A stretch of DNA of 24,000 bases from Huaxiibacter chinensis (GTDB taxonomy: Bacteria > Pseudomonadota > Gammaproteobacteria > Enterobacterales > Enterobacteriaceae): NCBI RefSeq assembly GCF_022171985.1, contig NZ_JAJVHF010000011.1:63500-87499 (forward strand). Direction: 5' to 3'. Numbering within the stretch: position 1 is the first letter of the stretch; each line of letters starts with the position of its first letter. The position numbers and the translations under genes are program-made. The notes under the pieces were generated by a model, which was not told the DNA's origin, did not search any database, and saw only the letters and a program-made list of their open reading frames with translations. Shown piece by piece: positions 1 through 8,197 of the stretch.

Positions 1-348
1 AACGTCAAACGCCACAACCTGATGCTGTTTGCGCTGGTCGGGCTGATGTCCGGCCTCGCATCGGTGCTACTTACCTCACGCCTTGGCAGTACGCGCCCGA
101 CGATTGCGATGGGCTGGGAACTGGCGGTGGTGACGATGGCGGTGCTCGGCGGGGTCAACATCCTGGGCGGGTCCGGCAGCATGGTGGGTGTGATCATTGC
201 CGCCTTCCTGATGGGGCTGGTGACCTTTGGCCTGAGCCTGCTCAACGTGCCCGGCATTGTGATGTCGGTGATTATCGGCGCGATGCTGATTGTGGTGATT
301 TCACTGCCGATCATTACCCGGCGGATTATGCAACGAAGAAGGATTTAA
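1..348 (+). CDS. Sugar ABC transporter permease, C-terminal part (RbsC/AraH family; probably a rhamnose ABC permease given the neighbours). The 5' end lies outside the window.
   Basis: The reading frame is open from base 1 (NVKRHNL MLFALVG...) and stops at 346-348. The sequence is very hydrophobic, with a GG-rich TM segment (AVLGGVNILGGSGSMVG) typical of ribose-type permeases. It sits directly upstream of a lactaldehyde reductase-like gene and rhaM. Confidence 0.7.
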   Translation, partial: NVKRHNLMLFALVGLMSGLASVLLTSRLGSTRPTIAMGWELAVVTMAVLGGVNILGGSGSMVGVIIAAFLMGLVTFGLSLLNVPGIVMSVIIGAMLIVVISLPIITRRIMQRRRI

Positions 349-350
349 CT

Positions 351-440
351 CCCTCACCTCTCCCTCTCCCCGCCGGGAAGGGGGACCGCCCGGCGCCGTC
401 TTTTATCTTATCCCTTACGGGGAGAAGAACGGGGTGAGGG
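351..440. repeat. REP-like imperfect palindromic intergenic element with a nested GC hairpin
   Basis: The outer arms are CCCTCACC (351-358) and GGTGAGGG (433-440), with CTCCCCG/CGGGGAG inside them. The inner perfect 7-bp stem is CGCCGGG (371-377) / CCCGGCG (389-395), followed by a TTTT run at 401-404. This resembles the GGGTGAGGG/CCCTCTCCC-type repeats common in Klebsiella/Enterobacter intergenic DNA. Confidence 0.5.
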
Positions 441-478
441 GAACGGATTACCCAAAAATCATATTAAGGAGAATTATC

Positions 479-1627
479 ATGAGCTTTATGTTGGCGCTGC
501 CAAAAATCAGCCTGCATGGCGCAGGCGCAATCGGCGATATGGTGACGCTGGTGGCAAACAACCCCTGGGGCAAGGCGCTGATTGTGACCGACGGTCAGCT
601 GGTTAAACTCGGCCTGCTCGACAGCCTCTTTACCGCCCTGGACGGCCATGAGATGTCCTATCACCTGTTTGACGAGGTATTCCCGAACCCAACGGAAGAG
701 CTGGTGCAAAAAGGCTTTGCGGCCTTTCAGGAGGCTGAATGTGAGTACATTATCGCGTTCGGCGGCGGCAGCCCGATTGATACGGCGAAAGCGATTAAAA
801 TCCTCACCGCTAACCCTGGGCCGTCAACGGATTACGCGGGCGTGGGCAAAGTGAAAAACGCGGGCGTACCGCTGGTGGCGATTAACACCACGGCGGGCAC
901 GGCGGCGGAGATGACCAGCAACGCGGTGATCATTGACACGGGACGTCAGGTAAAAGAAGTGATTATCGACCCGAACATTATTCCGGATATCGCCGTGGAC
1001 GATGCCAGCGTCATGCTGGATATTCCGGCGTCCGTGACCGCCGCGACCGGAATGGATGCGCTAACGCACGCCATTGAAGCCTTTGTCTCCGTGGGCGCGC
1101 ACCCGCTGACGGATGCTAATGCGCTGGAAGCCATTCGTCTGATCGCGCTGTGGCTGCCCAGGGCGGTCGACGACGGGCATAACCTGGAGGCCCGTGAGCA
1201 GATGGCCTTCGGTCAGTATCTGGCGGGCATGGCTTTTAACAGTGCCGGCCTTGGCCTGGTACACGCTCTGGCGCATCAGCCTGGCGCCACGCACAACCTG
1301 CCCCACGGCGTCTGCAACGCCATCCTGCTGCCGATCATCGAAAACTTTAACCGCCCAAATGCGGTATCCCGTTTTGCCCGCGTGGCGCAGGCCATGGGTG
1401 TGGACACTCGTGGCATGAGCGACGAAGCGGCAAGCATGTCGGCCATTCAGGCCATCCGCGACCTGAGCGCCCGCGTGGGGATCCCATCCGGTTTCAGCCA
1501 GCTTGGGGTGACCAAAGCAGACATTGAAGGCTGGCTGGATAAAGCGCTCGCCGATCCGTGTGCGCCCTGCAATCCCCGCACCGCCAGCCGCGATGAGGTC
1601 CGTGAGCTGTACCTGGAGGCCTTATGA
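479..1627 (+). CDS. Iron-containing (group III) alcohol dehydrogenase, lactaldehyde reductase FucO-like
   Basis: ATG at 479 is preceded by AAGGAG (465-470). The track's start at 434 is a GTG inside the REP element. Motifs present: [21 protein letters not shown] and [26 protein letters not shown] (metal-binding His cluster). The protein is collinear with E. coli FucO as recalled. Its stop overlaps the rhaM start (ATGA). Confidence 0.85.
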   Translation: MSFMLALPKISLHGAGAIGDMVTLVANNPWGKALIVTDGQLVKLGLLDSLFTALDGHEMSYHLFDEVFPNPTEELVQKGFAAFQEAECEYIIAFGGGSPIDTAKAIKILTANPGPSTDYAGVGKVKNAGVPLVAINTTAGTAAEMTSNAVIIDTGRQVKEVIIDPNIIPDIAVDDASVMLDIPASVTAATGMDALTHAIEAFVSVGAHPLTDANALEAIRLIALWLPRAVDDGHNLEAREQMAFGQYLAGMAFNSAGLGLVHALAHQPGATHNLPHGVCNAILLPIIENFNRPNAVSRFARVAQAMGVDTRGMSDEAASMSAIQAIRDLSARVGIPSGFSQLGVTKADIEGWLDKALADPCAPCNPRTASRDEVRELYLEAL

Positions 1628-1938
1628 TTCGCAAAGCCTTTGTCATGCAGGTGAACCCGGATGCGCACGCAGAGTACGCGCGCCGTCATAATCCCATCTG
1701 GCCCGAACTGGAAGCGGTGCTGAAAGAGCACGGCGCCCACCACTACGCCATCTATCTTGATCGTGAACGCAACCTGCTGTTTGCCACCGTTGAGATTGAA
1801 TCCGAAGCCCGCTGGAACGCGGTGGCGAACACCGATGTATGCCAGCGCTGGTGGAAACACATGAGCGAGGTGATGCCCGCGAACCCGGACAACAGCCCGG
1901 TAAGCGCGGAGTTGAAAGAGGTGTTCTACCTGGAATAA
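1624..1938 (+). CDS. rhaM: L-rhamnose mutarotase
   Basis: This 104-aa protein ([42 protein letters not shown]...) is near-identical to E. coli RhaM (YiiL) as recalled. Confidence 0.92.
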   Translation: MIRKAFVMQVNPDAHAEYARRHNPIWPELEAVLKEHGAHHYAIYLDRERNLLFATVEIESEARWNAVANTDVCQRWWKHMSEVMPANPDNSPVSAELKEVFYLE

Positions 1939-1946
1939 TGCGTTTT

Positions 1947-1970
1947 ACGCTGCCGCCTTCGCGGCAGCGT
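1947..1970. terminator. Hairpin between the convergent rhaM and rafB genes (putative bidirectional terminator)
   Basis: Perfect 10-bp stem ACGCTGCCGC / GCGGCAGCGT with a CTTC loop. There is no good U-tract on either strand, so terminator function is uncertain. Confidence 0.4.
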
Positions 1971-1976
1971 CTTCAC

Positions 1977-3242
1977 TCAATTCGCCTCCACCGTATTACT
2001 GCGCGCGGCACTCTCCTGCCGGTTGCTCAGGGTAAAGGCCGACACCAGCGTAATGGTCAGGACCAGGCAGCCCAGCATCAGATAGGTATCCTGGAAGCCG
2101 ATCCGGTCATACATATTTCCCGCGAACGCGGACAGGAAAATCGCCGCCGACTGCTTGGCAAAGTTGAAGCCGATAAGATAAATCGTGGCGGACAGGCGGG
2201 TGTCGAACACGCCGGTAATGTACTTGAATGCGCCCACCAGCAGGAACGGCACCTCGAGCGCATGCAGCATTTTCAGGGCAATCACTTCCACGGCCGTGGT
2301 GGCAAACGATGAACCGATAATCCGCGTCGCCATAATGAGACCGGCAATCAGCAGCGTGTTTTTGGCGCCGATGCGGTTAATGATCCACGGTGAGCAGAAC
2401 ATGATGATGGCATTACACAGTTCACCCGCCGTGGTGGCAAAACCAAAGGCGCGGGTGCCTTCCTGCGGCGTCGCGAAGAAGGTTTTGAAGAAGGTCGCAA
2501 ACTGCTGATCAAAGACGTCGTACACGCAGGCCACGCCAATCACATACAGAATGAACATCCACATCTTGCGCTGGCGAAACAGGCTGAAAACGGTACGGGC
2601 GGTGATCTGCGGCTGGTTAGCCCCCAGCGCGTTCATCACTTCGGCGGTCTGGTTGGGTTTAGGCTTAGCGACCCATAACAGCACCATCAGCAGCAGCGCG
2701 GCCGCGGAGCCCATCCAGAAGACAAAAGAGGGATCGATGCTGAACAGCAACCCGGCGGTAGAGGCGCAAAGCCCCCAGCCAAGGCAGCCAAACATGCGCG
2801 CTTTGCCGTATTCAAAGAAGCTATTGCGGCTGACGCGCTCAATATAGGCCTCGATCGCCCCGGACCCTGCCGAAAAAACAAAGCCGATATAGAGACCGCC
2901 GCTGAGAGCACCCAGCCAGATATTGGTTTTAAGCAAGGGCGCGAAGACGTAGAGAAAAAACGGCGCAAAGGCGAATAACAGTACGGCAATAATCCAAAGC
3001 AGGTGTTTTTTCAGCCCCAGCTTGTCGGAAATCACGCCCAGCACCGGCTGGAAGGCAATGGCAGAAAGCGAGATACAGGAGAACACAATCCCGGTATGGG
3101 TTTTGTTCAGGCCAATGACGTCCGACAGCCAGATGGGCAGGAACGGAAAGCAGGTGGCCATAATGAAGAAGTAGAGAAAGAAAAACGCTCCGAAGATCCA
3201 AAAGTTAGGGTTGTCTTTATGGGTACAGGTGTTTGTAATCAT
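1977..3242 (-). CDS. rafB: Oligosaccharide:H+ symporter of the LacY family (raffinose/melibiose permease-like)
   Basis: The start is taken at ATG 3242 (MITNTCTHKDNPNFWIFGAFFFLYFFIMATCFPFLPIWL), with GAGGAT upstream. The N-terminus closely parallels the LacY [29 protein letters not shown] segment. The protein is about 12-TM and hydrophobic, and the gene lies just downstream of a GH36 alpha-galactosidase. Confidence 0.82.
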   Translation of the reverse strand: MITNTCTHKDNPNFWIFGAFFFLYFFIMATCFPFLPIWLSDVIGLNKTHTGIVFSCISLSAIAFQPVLGVISDKLGLKKHLLWIIAVLLFAFAPFFLYVFAPLLKTNIWLGALSGGLYIGFVFSAGSGAIEAYIERVSRNSFFEYGKARMFGCLGWGLCASTAGLLFSIDPSFVFWMGSAAALLLMVLLWVAKPKPNQTAEVMNALGANQPQITARTVFSLFRQRKMWMFILYVIGVACVYDVFDQQFATFFKTFFATPQEGTRAFGFATTAGELCNAIIMFCSPWIINRIGAKNTLLIAGLIMATRIIGSSFATTAVEVIALKMLHALEVPFLLVGAFKYITGVFDTRLSATIYLIGFNFAKQSAAIFLSAFAGNMYDRIGFQDTYLMLGCLVLTITLVSAFTLSNRQESAARSNTVEAN

Positions 3243-3285
3243 TATTTTATCCTCAACGCTGGGCCGGTCACCCGGCCCGTGGCCC

Positions 3286-5409
3286 TTATACGCGTTCAAC
3301 GCCAATGAGAATGGCGGTTTCCGGATCCAGAATCGGCAGGGCGATACCCGCCTGCATTAACCACTCCCCGCTGGCAGTCTGAGGGGCTTCCATCCATGCC
3401 GGTAATTTGCGCATGGTGTGGCCGCCTTCGCCCGTCAGGCGAATATTGGGGTGGTCGAGCAGACTGATTCGGTACTGCGCACTCGCGTCCAGGCCAGGCA
3501 TACGCAGCGGCATCATCAGGGTGTAATCCGGCATGGCCAGCTGGCTGACAATAAACAGCCCCTGCGTCTTAGCCTCGTTCACTATACCCTGCGCCAGCGT
3601 CGTGGCATCCGGCATCTCCACGCGCCACTGAGTGCCGTGATGGATTACGTCACGCCACCGTTTATGCAGTGCCGCATAACGGCGATAACCCTCACGCTCG
3701 TGTTCATCTACGGCAAGCGGATCCAGCTCAAGACCCATATGGCCGAAAAGCGCCGTCAGACCGCGGAATTCGATACTGTGCTGACGGAAAGTGGCATGGC
3801 ATTTATGATGACCGATATGCGCGCCCATCACCTCTGGCGGGAAGAAATAGCCCATCCCGCGCTGGATGGTATTGCGTTCCAGCGCATCATTGTTGTCCGA
3901 TGCCCAAAAACGATGGCAACGCTTCAGGACCTCATAATCGATACGCCCCCCGCCCGAAGAGCAGGATTCAAACTCAACCTGCGGGAAGCGTTCGCCCAGC
4001 GTGTCGAGCAGGCGATAAAACTGGCGCGTTTGTGCATCGGCTGCCGCTTTCCCGTGGTGGCCGGGCTGAACCAGCTCGCGATTCATGTCCCACTTTACGT
4101 AGTCAATGTCATGCTCACCCAACAGCCAGCTCATCCTTTCCAGAATAAATTCAAAGGCGTCTGGAATGTTCAGATTAAGCACCCACTGGTGGCGCCCCGT
4201 CGCCTGGGGGTATCCTGGCATCGCCAGCACCCAGTCGGGATGGGCGCGACAGAGATCGGAGTCAGGGCTTATCATTTCGGGCTCAACCCAAATGCCAAAC
4301 TCCATACCCCGTTGCTTAACGTGATCGATCACAGGCGTTAAGCCGTTGGGGTATTTTCTTTCGTCGAGATACCAGTCACCCAGCGCCCCGTGGTCGTTAT
4401 TGCGCCCCTTAAACCAGCCATCATCAATGATGAAACGCTCAACGCCAAGCGATGCCGCTTCGTCCGCCATCCGCATAATGTAGTCAGGATCGTGGTCAAA
4501 GTAGATCCCTTCCCAGGTGTTGAGATGAACCGGACGCACCCTGTTTTTCGGGAAGCGAATGATGTTGTCGCGAAGGTAACGGTGGAACTGCTGACTCATC
4601 CCGTTCATGCCCTGCGCGGAATAGCTGGCGTAAAGCGCGGGCGTCCAGAGCGTTTCCCCCTCATCAATGCTCATTTCGCCCGGCAGGTAGAGCGCTTCGG
4701 CCTGCAGATAGCGCCGACCGTCGGTTTTGGCTTCCGCCCGCAGGCGATGGTTACCGCTCCAGCCCAAATGGACGCCCCAGACGTCGCCCTGCATCTCTCC
4801 AAAGGCGGGTGTGCCGGTGATGAGGGCCGGGAAATGTTCGTGTGATGAGCGACCGCGACGACTTTCAATGACAAAACTATCATGCTCAAGCGGGAGTCGA
4901 TGCGGCTGAAATTCGCGTATCCAGCGGCCATGGAACGCCATAACCTCTCGCGCCCGTTCGGCGACCGGTAGCGTCACCGCCAGCCGATCCACCTGCCACG
5001 GCTGGGAACGCAGGTTGGTCAGGCCGTGTCGAACCACCAGCACACCGCTCTCGTCCAGCGAGATTTCACTGGTCAGACGCAGACCTGCCTGATTATCTTC
5101 CGCGATGAGGGTCAGTTGTTTTTCCAGCTGTTCCACCGCGGTCGTGGTAAAAATGGGGGAACTGTCCTTGCCCTGACGATGCCCTTCAATTCCTGGCGAA
5201 CCAAACAACCCGTGCCCTGGCTCCGCCATCAGCGTTAACGGGATGTCGATATCCAGCCGCCCGTTGGCGACAGGGCGAGAAAGACTTAACGTATCTTGCG
5301 GGGAAAAGTGGTGAAGATGTGGTCCCCAGTAGAGAATTTCGGTGAACGGGTGGGTTTTTATCACCACATCGACAGTGCCGCTTTCGAGCCGTAAAATGGA
5401 ATCTTGCAT
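3286..5409 (-). CDS. rafA: Alpha-galactosidase, glycoside hydrolase family 36
   Basis: The start is taken at ATG 5409 (MQDSILRLESG) with GGAGAG upstream, giving 707 aa. GH36 hallmarks are present: FIIDDGWF, DYVKWDMNR and ESCSSGGGRIDY. The longer track ORF (to 5571) would run through the operators and into rafR. Confidence 0.88.
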   Translation of the reverse strand: MQDSILRLESGTVDVVIKTHPFTEILYWGPHLHHFSPQDTLSLSRPVANGRLDIDIPLTLMAEPGHGLFGSPGIEGHRQGKDSSPIFTTTAVEQLEKQLTLIAEDNQAGLRLTSEISLDESGVLVVRHGLTNLRSQPWQVDRLAVTLPVAERAREVMAFHGRWIREFQPHRLPLEHDSFVIESRRGRSSHEHFPALITGTPAFGEMQGDVWGVHLGWSGNHRLRAEAKTDGRRYLQAEALYLPGEMSIDEGETLWTPALYASYSAQGMNGMSQQFHRYLRDNIIRFPKNRVRPVHLNTWEGIYFDHDPDYIMRMADEAASLGVERFIIDDGWFKGRNNDHGALGDWYLDERKYPNGLTPVIDHVKQRGMEFGIWVEPEMISPDSDLCRAHPDWVLAMPGYPQATGRHQWVLNLNIPDAFEFILERMSWLLGEHDIDYVKWDMNRELVQPGHHGKAAADAQTRQFYRLLDTLGERFPQVEFESCSSGGGRIDYEVLKRCHRFWASDNNDALERNTIQRGMGYFFPPEVMGAHIGHHKCHATFRQHSIEFRGLTALFGHMGLELDPLAVDEHEREGYRRYAALHKRWRDVIHHGTQWRVEMPDATTLAQGIVNEAKTQGLFIVSQLAMPDYTLMMPLRMPGLDASAQYRISLLDHPNIRLTGEGGHTMRKLPAWMEAPQTASGEWLMQAGIALPILDPETAILIGVERV

Positions 5410-5445
5410 CAGACCTCTCCAGTCATCGGGATGATCTGAGTGTTG

Positions 5446-5484
5446 ATCCGAAACGTTTCGGATACAAACCAAAACGTTTCGGTT
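5446..5484 (-). promoter_or_regulatory. Two tandem LacI/GalR-type operators in the rafR-rafA spacer
   Basis: ATCCGAAACGTTTCGGAT (5446-5463) is a perfect 18-bp palindrome. AACCAAAACGTTTCGGTT (5467-5484) is the same palindrome with one mismatched pair. The two are 3 bp apart. The central CG and the paired layout match what is known for the plasmid raf operon, where two 18-bp operators flank the -35 region. Confidence 0.65.
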
Positions 5485-5512
5485 TTGTGATCGGTTCGGT
5501 AATTTTGGTTTT

Positions 5513-6508
5513 TTAGCGGGTCTGGCCTGGGGAAAATTCGGGTTGCCACAGCACCTGTAACTGAGAAACATCGACGCCGTTAATCAGCTGGCGCACCATG
5601 TCAGCAATTTGCTTGCCTACCCCCTGACGGGTGGACTGGATGACCGCCGCCACATCAAAATCGACAATGCTGTCCTGCGGCAGCCCGTCATAGACGATAA
5701 GCGCAACGGCATTCTCGCCGCTCAGGCGACCCAGTTGCGCCAGCGCCATGGCGGCACCGTCACCGTGGGTATTACAGTCTGTGATGATGGCGGTAGGGGG
5801 CTGTTCAAGAGAGAGCAACTCATGGGTAGTAGCAAACCCCACGCGGCGGGAAGGTGGCATCGCACGCAGCCACTCGCTGGACAGCCCCGCTTCACGAAGC
5901 GCATCCAGATAGCCCTGCCGACGCTGGGTGATAAACGCCTGATTGTTGCTTTCGCCCAGCAGGGCAATACGCTGATGGCCTCGCTCAATCAACCAGCGCG
6001 TGGCCTGATAGGTTCCGGCATAGTTGTCAAAATCAAACCAGGCATAAGGCTCGGAAAGCTGGCTGCGGCCCAGCGCGAGAAAGGGGAAACCCGCAGCCTG
6101 AAGCTGTGACAGGCGAGGATCGTTTTCCAGCGTATGCGCGACAATCAGCGCATCCACACGACGGCTCTGTACCATACGCATGTAGCTGTGTTTGTCGGCC
6201 AAATCGTCATCGGCAATCAGCAGTAAATCAATTTCATATTGCGCAAGTTCATGGCTAATTTCGCCGACCATGTCCATAAAAACGCTGTTATTGAGCGGAA
6301 CAGGATGCACCGGAAAAACGAGACCTACGGCGTCAATTTTGCCCATTTTCAGGCGACGCGCGAAGGTGTTTGGCCGGTAGCCACGGCGCTGAGCCTCCGC
6401 TTCAACGCGGGCGCGCGTCTCGCTGGACACATCATCGTATCCATTCAGCGCGCGACTCACTGTCGTCACGGACAGCCCCAGTTCTTTAGCAATGGCTTTA
6501 AGCGACAT
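5513..6508 (-). CDS. rafR: LacI-family transcriptional repressor (RafR-like)
   Basis: N-terminal HTH MSLKAIAKELGLSVTTVSRALNGYDDVS..TRARVEAEAQRRGYRPN followed by a periplasmic-binding-protein-like sugar-binding fold. It sits immediately upstream of the operators and rafA. Confidence 0.82.
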   Translation of the reverse strand: MSLKAIAKELGLSVTTVSRALNGYDDVSSETRARVEAEAQRRGYRPNTFARRLKMGKIDAVGLVFPVHPVPLNNSVFMDMVGEISHELAQYEIDLLLIADDDLADKHSYMRMVQSRRVDALIVAHTLENDPRLSQLQAAGFPFLALGRSQLSEPYAWFDFDNYAGTYQATRWLIERGHQRIALLGESNNQAFITQRRQGYLDALREAGLSSEWLRAMPPSRRVGFATTHELLSLEQPPTAIITDCNTHGDGAAMALAQLGRLSGENAVALIVYDGLPQDSIVDFDVAAVIQSTRQGVGKQIADMVRQLINGVDVSQLQVLWQPEFSPGQTR

Positions 6509-6525
6509 GATTTTCCGTATCTGCG

Positions 6526-7074
6526 TTAATTTTGTTCTGCGACCAAAAGCGCATGCGTATCCGGCTCCAGGGCCTTAAAGATATGCGGCAGGTCAGCGGG
6601 ATAGCAAATATAATCCCCCGGACCGAGCTCTTCTGCCGCGTCGATCAAACCCACCCGCGCTCTACCCTGCGTCACAATAATATGCTCAACTGAGCCTGGC
6701 GGGTGCGGCTGAGAGATGCGATCGGCACCCGGCTGGGTGAGCAGCAGGTAGATATCCCGACGCGCACCCGGTGGGCACGCCGCCAGTAGGATGGCTTCGT
6801 AGTTGGCCTGCCCGGCAACGACCTTCGTCCCCTCTCCGCGGCGGATCACCTGAGTGGTCGGCAGCTGCGGTTCGAGTAAACGGGCGAAAGGAATGTCCAG
6901 CGCCACACACAGTGACCAGAGCGTCTCCAGGCTGGGATTTCCGTTACCGGACTCCAGCTGTGACAGCGTGGATTTGGCGATCCCGGCACGGCGAGCGATT
7001 TCCGCCAGTGAAAGCCCGGTTCGCAGACGTTCCCGCACCAGACTTTTAGCGATCACGCTGATTGGCTGCGTCAT
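6526..7074 (-). CDS. XRE-family HTH regulator with a C-terminal cupin sensor domain
   Basis: HTH_3-type segment LSLAEIARRAGIAKSTLSQLESGNGNPSLETLWSLCVALDIP. The C-terminal cupin-like region contains HPPGSVEH...GDYICYPADLPH. AGAGG lies 8-9 nt upstream of ATG 7074. Confidence 0.85.
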   Translation of the reverse strand: MTQPISVIAKSLVRERLRTGLSLAEIARRAGIAKSTLSQLESGNGNPSLETLWSLCVALDIPFARLLEPQLPTTQVIRRGEGTKVVAGQANYEAILLAACPPGARRDIYLLLTQPGADRISQPHPPGSVEHIIVTQGRARVGLIDAAEELGPGDYICYPADLPHIFKALEPDTHALLVAEQN

Positions 7075-7096
7075 TAAACGGCCTCTGTTCTATAAA

Positions 7097-7160
7097 TCGA
7101 ACGAATCGTTCGTCTTGAAAAACGTTCCTGATGCGTTCATTATAATGGATACTCGTTCGA
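7097..7160. promoter_or_regulatory. Divergent xre/azlC control region with a repeated TCGTTCG(A) motif and a TATAAT box
   Basis: Perfect palindrome CGAACGA-A-TCGTTCG at 7098-7112, a third exact half-site TCGTTCGA at 7153-7160, and a consensus TATAAT at 7141-7146 on the + strand. No well-spaced -35 was found. Confidence 0.4.
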
Positions 7161-7175
7161 TATGGCTAAAAATGT

Positions 7176-7835
7176 ATGAAGCACTCTCTCTCATCTTTGA
7201 AAGGCGACACGATCAAGGCCATCATTCTGGTGTGTCTGGCGGTCGGGGTCGTGGGCATGTCCTATGGCTCACTGGCGATGGCCTACGGGTTTCCGCTATG
7301 GGTGCCTTTTGTGCTCTCTGTGACAGTGCTGGCAGGCGCGTCGGAATTTATGTTTATCGGTATTGTTGCCAGCGGGGGTAATCCGCTTGCCGCCGCGGCA
7401 GCGGGCCTGCTGGTGAATGCCCGTCATGTGCCGTTTGGCGTTACGGTGCGCGATTTGGTCGGCACGCGCGCGGCGAGCCTGCTGGGCTGCCACATTATGA
7501 ACGACGAAAGCGTGGTGTTTGGCCTGTCACAAAAAACGCCCGAGCAGCGAAAGGCCGCCTACTGGCTCTGTGGGCTGGGCGTGGCGCTGATCTGGCCCCT
7601 GGGTACCCTGCTGGGCGCTATGGTGGGTAAATTATTACCTGCCCCGGAAACCATCGGGCTGGATGCCGTTTTCCCTGCCATTTTACTCGCCCTCGTTGTG
7701 CCTGCCTTTAAAAACCGGACCACGCTCATTCGCGCCTGTAGCGGAGCGGTACTGTCGCTGGCTGCCGTGCCGTTTGCGCCTGTTGGCTTACCGGTTCTGC
7801 TCTCTTTACTTGGCCTTGCAGCGAGGAAAAAATAA
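7176..7835 (+). CDS. azlC: AzlC-family branched-chain amino acid exporter, large subunit
   Basis: A 219-aa polytopic membrane protein containing ...AGASEFMFIGIVASGGNPLAAAAAGLLVNARHVPFG..., typical of AzlC/YgaZ. Its stop overlaps the start of the small partner gene (TAATG). Confidence 0.8.
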   Translation: MKHSLSSLKGDTIKAIILVCLAVGVVGMSYGSLAMAYGFPLWVPFVLSVTVLAGASEFMFIGIVASGGNPLAAAAAGLLVNARHVPFGVTVRDLVGTRAASLLGCHIMNDESVVFGLSQKTPEQRKAAYWLCGLGVALIWPLGTLLGAMVGKLLPAPETIGLDAVFPAILLALVVPAFKNRTTLIRACSGAVLSLAAVPFAPVGLPVLLSLLGLAARKK

Positions 7836-8158
7836 TGGGCAATATGACGGTCTTTATTCTCGGTATCGCCATGCTTTCTGCCGGAACCTATCTGATGCGC
7901 CTCGGTGGCGCGAAGCTGGGAAACCGACTGGCACTCTCTGCGCGATCGCAGGCACTGCTTTCCGATGCTGCCACGGTATTACTGTTTTCAGTTGCGCTGG
8001 CGACCACCTTCTATGAAGGCGAACATTTTGCCGGCATGGCGCGTGTGCTGGGCGTGGCGTTTGCGGTATTTCTGGCCTGGCGAAAAATGCCGTTAATTGT
8101 GGTGATCATTGCAGCGGCAGTGATGACGGCGCTACTGCGAGGCTTCGGCGTGCATTGA
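7835..8158 (+). CDS. azlD: AzlD-family small membrane subunit
   Basis: A 107-aa protein with about 4 TM segments, translationally coupled to azlC. Its size and position match AzlD/YgaH. Confidence 0.75.
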   Translation: MGNMTVFILGIAMLSAGTYLMRLGGAKLGNRLALSARSQALLSDAATVLLFSVALATTFYEGEHFAGMARVLGVAFAVFLAWRKMPLIVVIIAAAVMTALLRGFGVH

Positions 8159-8167
8159 TGAAATCCA

Positions 8168-8197
8168 TTCCCTGACGTGCGCTCATTCGTCAGGGAA
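8168..8197 (+). terminator. Putative intrinsic terminator after azlD
   Basis: Perfect 10-bp stem TTCCCTGACG / CGTCAGGGAA with a 10-nt loop, followed by a moderately T-rich stretch (ATCTTTCC). Confidence 0.45.

Noticed and set aside
434-478. An upstream GTG start for the FucO-like gene, and similar long-ORF extensions for rafB (3243-3305), dtd (22468-22560) and the DUF1471 gene (13317-13427).
   Set aside because: The extensions fall in REP or intergenic sequence or overlap the upstream gene. The internal ATGs have Shine-Dalgarno sequences and give orthologue-like N-termini and lengths.
3418-4341. A 307-aa ORF on the + strand, antisense to rafA, plus overlapping + strand ORFs at 3669-4148, 4390-4845 and others.
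   Set aside because: They lie entirely inside a well-supported GH36 gene. The composition is Arg/His/Gln-rich and low-complexity, typical of antisense frames in GC-rich DNA, with no recognisable motifs or ribosome-binding site.
5410-5571. A 54-aa N-terminal extension of the alpha-galactosidase ORF that overlaps the rafR 3' end.
   Set aside because: The extension would read through both operators. ATG 5409 has a good GGAGAG ribosome-binding site and gives the expected GH36 length of about 708 codons.
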